NCBI GenBank assembly: GCA_021811735.1
Contig: JAJZNK010000015.1
Location: 1-48,281 of the forward strand
Direction of reading: 5' to 3'
From: Nanobdellota archaeon
GTDB taxonomy: Archaea > Nanobdellota > Nanobdellia > Parvarchaeales > Parvarchaeaceae
DNA length: 48,281 nt
A model generated the notes under the pieces. The model saw nothing but the letters and a program-made list of their open reading frames with translations, was not told where the DNA came from and did no database searches. Made by a program: the position numbers and the translations under genes. Shown here in pieces: positions 44,623-48,281 of this stretch; the first letter of the stretch is position 1, and each line of letters starts with the position of its first letter.

Positions 44623-46432
44623 CTTTAATCATTTCTGTCGCCAGTTCATAGGCGTCTCTTGCTTCAAATGTAGGTCCAACTCGGTCCTTTAAATTTATTA
44701 TTAGCGAATCTATTTTTTCTATTTTTCCATCGCGTATCAGCTTTTTAATTTCGATTTTTAACCTATTCTTATCTATTTTCAGCAGTTTTTTATCCTTGAT
44801 AATCTTGTCTAAATCTTCTCTATTTTCTAGTGCTATCACTTCCATCACTGAAAGAGCGCCTTCTTTGGTTATCTTCTCTTTCTTTATTTTTTCCAATATT
44901 TTTTCTATAATTTCCGGCTGAATCTTAACCCCAAATTTTCTTTTTATAAATTTCCAATTTTCAACAGCTATTTGTATTATCAGATTAAAGGGTAGGCCAG
45001 TGTTTTTATTAAGGTAAACTGCTTCGTCTAATTTTCTTGCAGATATCAATTGATCTAAAAATTCTCCAGATATTCCAAGCGAATCTTTTACAGATTCAAC
45101 AGTCAATCCTTTATAATTTTCGGCATTTGAAAGCGTCTTGTCATCTATTTTTATTATTGGTAAGTCTGTTTCTATATACATCCTGTCTTTTCCACCCATT
45201 GGCCTGAGGAATTTTGTCGTGTTATCTTCCTGCACAAGTCTGACTTCTGAGGGTACATCCGTAAGCAGACTTTTTATTCGATTTTTTATGGATTCAACTA
45301 CTTGTTCTTCGTAATTTTTATCGCATATCGAAAAAATAAAAGCATCTTTTGTCCTACAGCCAAGTTTTTCAGCTATCCTGCGTTTTGTGTCTTCTGTTAT
45401 CCCATAAGCAGGGAGTTCATCAGAATGTATTATACCATAATTTAATTTTATTTTAAGGTAGTCACTGATTTCACTGCCAAAACGCTTTTTTTCACAGATG
45501 TAATTACCTAAAACTCCTGCGAAGCCATTCAATTTCATGGCTATTATATTCTTTCCCAGGTTTACGGCATTTTTAATAATGTTCGAGTCGGTGCCAAAAA
45601 ACACCTCCTTTATATCAACTGGTTCTAGAGCTAAATCGTCTTTAAGATAGCCAAACTCAGTCTTCATCTTTATGAGATTTTCCTGTCTTTTTGCCTCGTT
45701 TAATATCACTTTATCCATTTCCCTTATGTTTTGGAACCCTTTTAATTCAACTCTTTTTCCATTTTCTATTGACAAATTTACGTCTTGTCTTATTGTCCCT
45801 ATACCCCTTTTGACATTGAAAAGCCGAGTGAACTTTCCAAATTCTAGCGCGATCTCCTTCGCTTCGTTCTCGTCGGTATCTATTACTCCCGTTGCTATTT
45901 CTATGAGAGGGATTCCTATTCTGTCTAGAAAGTAAACAGTCTGGTTTGCATCGTCGCTTTCCTTTCGTGCAGAATCTTCTTCTAGAGATATGGTATCTAT
46001 CTTTATTTTTTGATCCCCAAATTGAAAAGATCCATTCACAGAAACTGTTGCCGTTCTTTGGAACCCTGTTGTATTAGATCCGTCAACAATCGTTTTTCTC
46101 ATAAAAACTAGGTTTTTAAAAATGTATGCGTTGAGCGCGTATGAGATGTTTACAGCTGCTGAAAGTGCATCATTATCTATATTGCGTGGCGGTTCTTCAT
46201 CGATGTCTATAAGGCAATCCGTGTCATTAAAAAACTTGTATGTTATATTTTTCATTTTTTGACCTTCGAATTCGGCACTAGTGTCGATTTTTCCACTTTC
46301 TCCAAAAGACGGTCTTATAATACGTTTTATTTCCCCAAAATCTTTGTTCTCTTTTATTTCAGATTTACATCTACAGAAAAGCTTGCCAGACGCAACCTGG
46401 ACATGCCATTCAAAACCACACTTTATTTTCAT
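44609..46432 (-). CDS. gatE: Glutamyl-tRNA(Gln) amidotransferase subunit E
   Basis: GatB/E-type N-terminus KCGFEWHVQ, the GatE-specific insertion, and a C-terminal YqeY-like helical tail; 607 aa. Overlaps gatD by 4 nt. Confidence 0.88.
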   Translation of the reverse strand: MKIKCGFEWHVQVASGKLFCRCKSEIKENKDFGEIKRIIRPSFGESGKIDTSAEFEGQKMKNITYKFFNDTDCLIDIDEEPPRNIDNDALSAAVNISYALNAYIFKNLVFMRKTIVDGSNTTGFQRTATVSVNGSFQFGDQKIKIDTISLEEDSARKESDDANQTVYFLDRIGIPLIEIATGVIDTDENEAKEIALEFGKFTRLFNVKRGIGTIRQDVNLSIENGKRVELKGFQNIREMDKVILNEAKRQENLIKMKTEFGYLKDDLALEPVDIKEVFFGTDSNIIKNAVNLGKNIIAMKLNGFAGVLGNYICEKKRFGSEISDYLKIKLNYGIIHSDELPAYGITEDTKRRIAEKLGCRTKDAFIFSICDKNYEEQVVESIKNRIKSLLTDVPSEVRLVQEDNTTKFLRPMGGKDRMYIETDLPIIKIDDKTLSNAENYKGLTVESVKDSLGISGEFLDQLISARKLDEAVYLNKNTGLPFNLIIQIAVENWKFIKRKFGVKIQPEIIEKILEKIKKEKITKEGALSVMEVIALENREDLDKIIKDKKLLKIDKNRLKIEIKKLIRDGKIEKIDSLIINLKDRVGPTFEARDAYELATEMIKDEKK

Positions 46433-47724
46433 ATTAAGAATTCATCTGTCCCGCTTCGTTCTTTCATTTCACCTGCAAGTGGATTTAGCATGGTTTCCTT
46501 GACATTTTTTAAATTCTTAGACTGGCCCAATGCAAACATCATTTTTACGAAGGCTGTTTCGGTTGTCATATCCCCAACGTAAATGATGTTCTCAAATTTA
46601 GATATCTCCCTTAAAGTGCTGTAGACAAATTTGTTAGTCGTCCCGTAAACAGTTTGCGATGTTACAGTTATTGGTATTCCTTTATTCTCTGCGTTTTTTA
46701 ATGAGGGTATGATAGTTTTTTCTTCTAACGGCAGGTTACCAAAGCCGGTTGCAGCTATAACAATCCCATGTACTTTATTCTCCACATAATAATCTATTAT
46801 GTCTCCCTCCATGGATGGATAGCTGTATATCAATTTTACTTTACTGTCTATCTTATCATTAAGTCTAGTTATATTGTTTTTTCTTATTCTCTCATCCAAT
46901 ACGTCTATAAATCTTCCATCAGGATATACTTTTGCCAAAGGCTTCATATTTATCGGCCTGAATGCATCCCTTCTTTCGGTATGCATTTTTCTTGCCTTAT
47001 TTCCCCTTAATATATAATTATATTCATCATTAAGGTTAGCATGCATACATATGACTGACTCTCCCACATCGAAATTTTTCGCGGTTACAGCCGACATTAG
47101 TAGGTTAGTAGAAGCATCCGAGGAACCTCTATCAGTACTTCTTTGCGAACCAGTGAATACGATAGGAACAGATAAAGGGTTTAAGATAAATGACATTGCA
47201 GATGATGCAAAATGCATAGTATCTGTACCGCTCGTCACTATCACTCCTTTACTACCCTCTTGTATAGAAGAATAAGCCTCCCTTGCAATATTTACCCAGT
47301 CAGACGGTAGCATGTTCTCAGATAATTTCTGCATCAGACTGACTACAGCTATCTTCCCAAGATCTTTCAGACCTGGGGCAATCTTAAAATAATAACTACT
47401 GTCTACTGAAGGTGAAACCCCGCCTGTTTTGTAGTCTATCTTTGAGGATATCGTTCCACCAGTAGTTATCAATGTCAAATCTGCCCCCTTAGTTTTTACT
47501 TCCAAAGTTGTCTTATTTTCTTTTTCGATCTTGTTTTTTTCAATCAATGATACACTGTTTATGTCCTTATGTTCTAATGCTATGTCATATCCTGATTTGA
47601 GTTTTACTATCAATAAGTTTTCATCAGTCTTTATAAATTCACCATTGAATTCCTGGTTATCTATTTTTATATTTACCAAATCTCCAAATGAAAAATTTTC
47701 CAGACCAGCCTTTTTATCTTTCAT
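46429..47724 (-). CDS. gatD: Glutamyl-tRNA(Gln) amidotransferase subunit D (asparaginase-like)
   Basis: Asparaginase motifs TTGGTISS and TSGTDTM, with the GatD-specific N-terminal domain; 431 aa; upstream of gatE. Confidence 0.88.
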   Translation of the reverse strand: MKDKKAGLENFSFGDLVNIKIDNQEFNGEFIKTDENLLIVKLKSGYDIALEHKDINSVSLIEKNKIEKENKTTLEVKTKGADLTLITTGGTISSKIDYKTGGVSPSVDSSYYFKIAPGLKDLGKIAVVSLMQKLSENMLPSDWVNIAREAYSSIQEGSKGVIVTSGTDTMHFASSAMSFILNPLSVPIVFTGSQRSTDRGSSDASTNLLMSAVTAKNFDVGESVICMHANLNDEYNYILRGNKARKMHTERRDAFRPINMKPLAKVYPDGRFIDVLDERIRKNNITRLNDKIDSKVKLIYSYPSMEGDIIDYYVENKVHGIVIAATGFGNLPLEEKTIIPSLKNAENKGIPITVTSQTVYGTTNKFVYSTLREISKFENIIYVGDMTTETAFVKMMFALGQSKNLKNVKETMLNPLAGEMKERSGTDEFLI

Positions 47725-47841
47725 GATAATACTTATTATTCACACATTTTAACGTTTTTCTCTGCGTCTAGAGTGTATACTTTATTACAATAATCCTTTT
47801 AAATGAAAAGATACTACTATTGTTATTTAAATAAATAGAAT

Positions 47842-47871
47842 AAATTTGAATGTTGGGGAACATTCAAATTT
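47842..47871. repeat. Perfect palindrome with 13-bp arms: AAATTTGAATGTT-GGGG-AACATTCAAATTT
   Basis: Read directly from the sequence. It lies in the 255-nt gatD/ftsZ intergenic region, about 110 nt upstream of the ftsZ ATG. Confidence 0.9.
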
Positions 47872-47979
47872 TAATCGTAACGTTGTAAGTTTGGGTCACT
47901 TACTTGTTTTTCTTAATAACATAAAACATGTTGGGAATATAAAGCTTTCGTTTTTGTTTCCAACATAAGGAGGGAAAAA

Positions 47980-48281
47980 ATGGTAATGGATTTGCTTGTT
48001 GAAAGCGCACTAAAGGCCAGTAGGGAAGGCAGTATAAATGAACCTTTGTTCAATCAGGCCCTTATAAAGGTAATGGGGGTAGGCGGCGGTGGAAATAATA
48101 TGGGGAATTGGCTCTTTAAGAAAGGGGTCAAAGGGGCGGAAGTAATTCTAGCTAATACCGATCAAATACAGTTGAACGCAAGGAATGCAGACAAAAAGAT
48201 TCTTATAGGGAAGGAGCTCACAAGAGGATTGGGGGCTGGCGGTTTTCCTGAAAGAGGAAAGATGGCTGCAGAGGAATCTTC
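47980..48281 (+). CDS. ftsZ: Cell division GTPase FtsZ, 3'-truncated by the window edge
   Basis: Hand translation gives [14 protein letters not shown]...[17 protein letters not shown]...[11 protein letters not shown]...[18 protein letters not shown]. It contains the tubulin signature GGGxGxG-type motif and NTD. A strong AAGGAGGG Shine-Dalgarno sequence ends 5 nt upstream. Confidence 0.9.
   Translation, partial: MVMDLLVESALKASREGSINEPLFNQALIKVMGVGGGGNNMGNWLFKKGVKGAEVILANTDQIQLNARNADKKILIGKELTRGLGAGGFPERGKMAAEES

Overview
AT-rich, densely coded archaeal chromosomal window. Archaeal hallmarks include a split rpoB, rpoA'/A'', GatDE, RtcB with archease, ABCE1, S8e/L30e, intron-containing tRNAs, and TATA-like boxes about 25-27 nt upstream of many ATGs, which suggests leaderless mRNAs. 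Several proteins are slightly short for their families, and a Sulfolobus/Thermoplasma-type zinc ferredoxin is present. This fits a small-genome, possibly acidophilic archaeon, but I cannot assign a taxon from sequence alone. The core content is information processing:
- rtcB-archease-thiI, S8e, dcd, a small eL41-like ORF and two intron-containing tRNA-Leu genes
- mre11-rad50, tyrS, rnhB and nth
- the conserved rpoH-rpoB''-rpoB'-rpoA'-rpoA''-rpl30e-nusA-rps12-rps7 block
- trmI, ABCE1, tRNA-Ser, thrS, a METTL5-like methylase, gatE-gatD and the 5' end of ftsZ

Accessory content is dominated by at least six ORFs with class III (type IV pilin-like) signal peptides, plus a LamG-domain protein cut by the window edge.

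The most unusual locus is 36.7-40.8 kb, all on one strand. It holds two pilin-like genes, an orphan 203-aa protein, a KaiC/RecA-like protein with an altered Walker A, a fusion of a degenerate KaiC-like domain to an intact small GTPase, and a Roadblock/LC7 protein.

Other points worth a second look:
- an archease whose conserved N-terminus has no in-frame canonical start
- a 106-aa Dph2 N-terminal remnant abutting rnhB
- an AP-endonuclease-2/xylose-isomerase-like TIM barrel with a roughly 200-aa insertion
- a perfect 13-bp-arm palindrome in the unusually long ftsZ upstream region

I saw no CRISPR array, transposase, integrase or intein. All calls rest on motif recognition by eye; no database search was possible.
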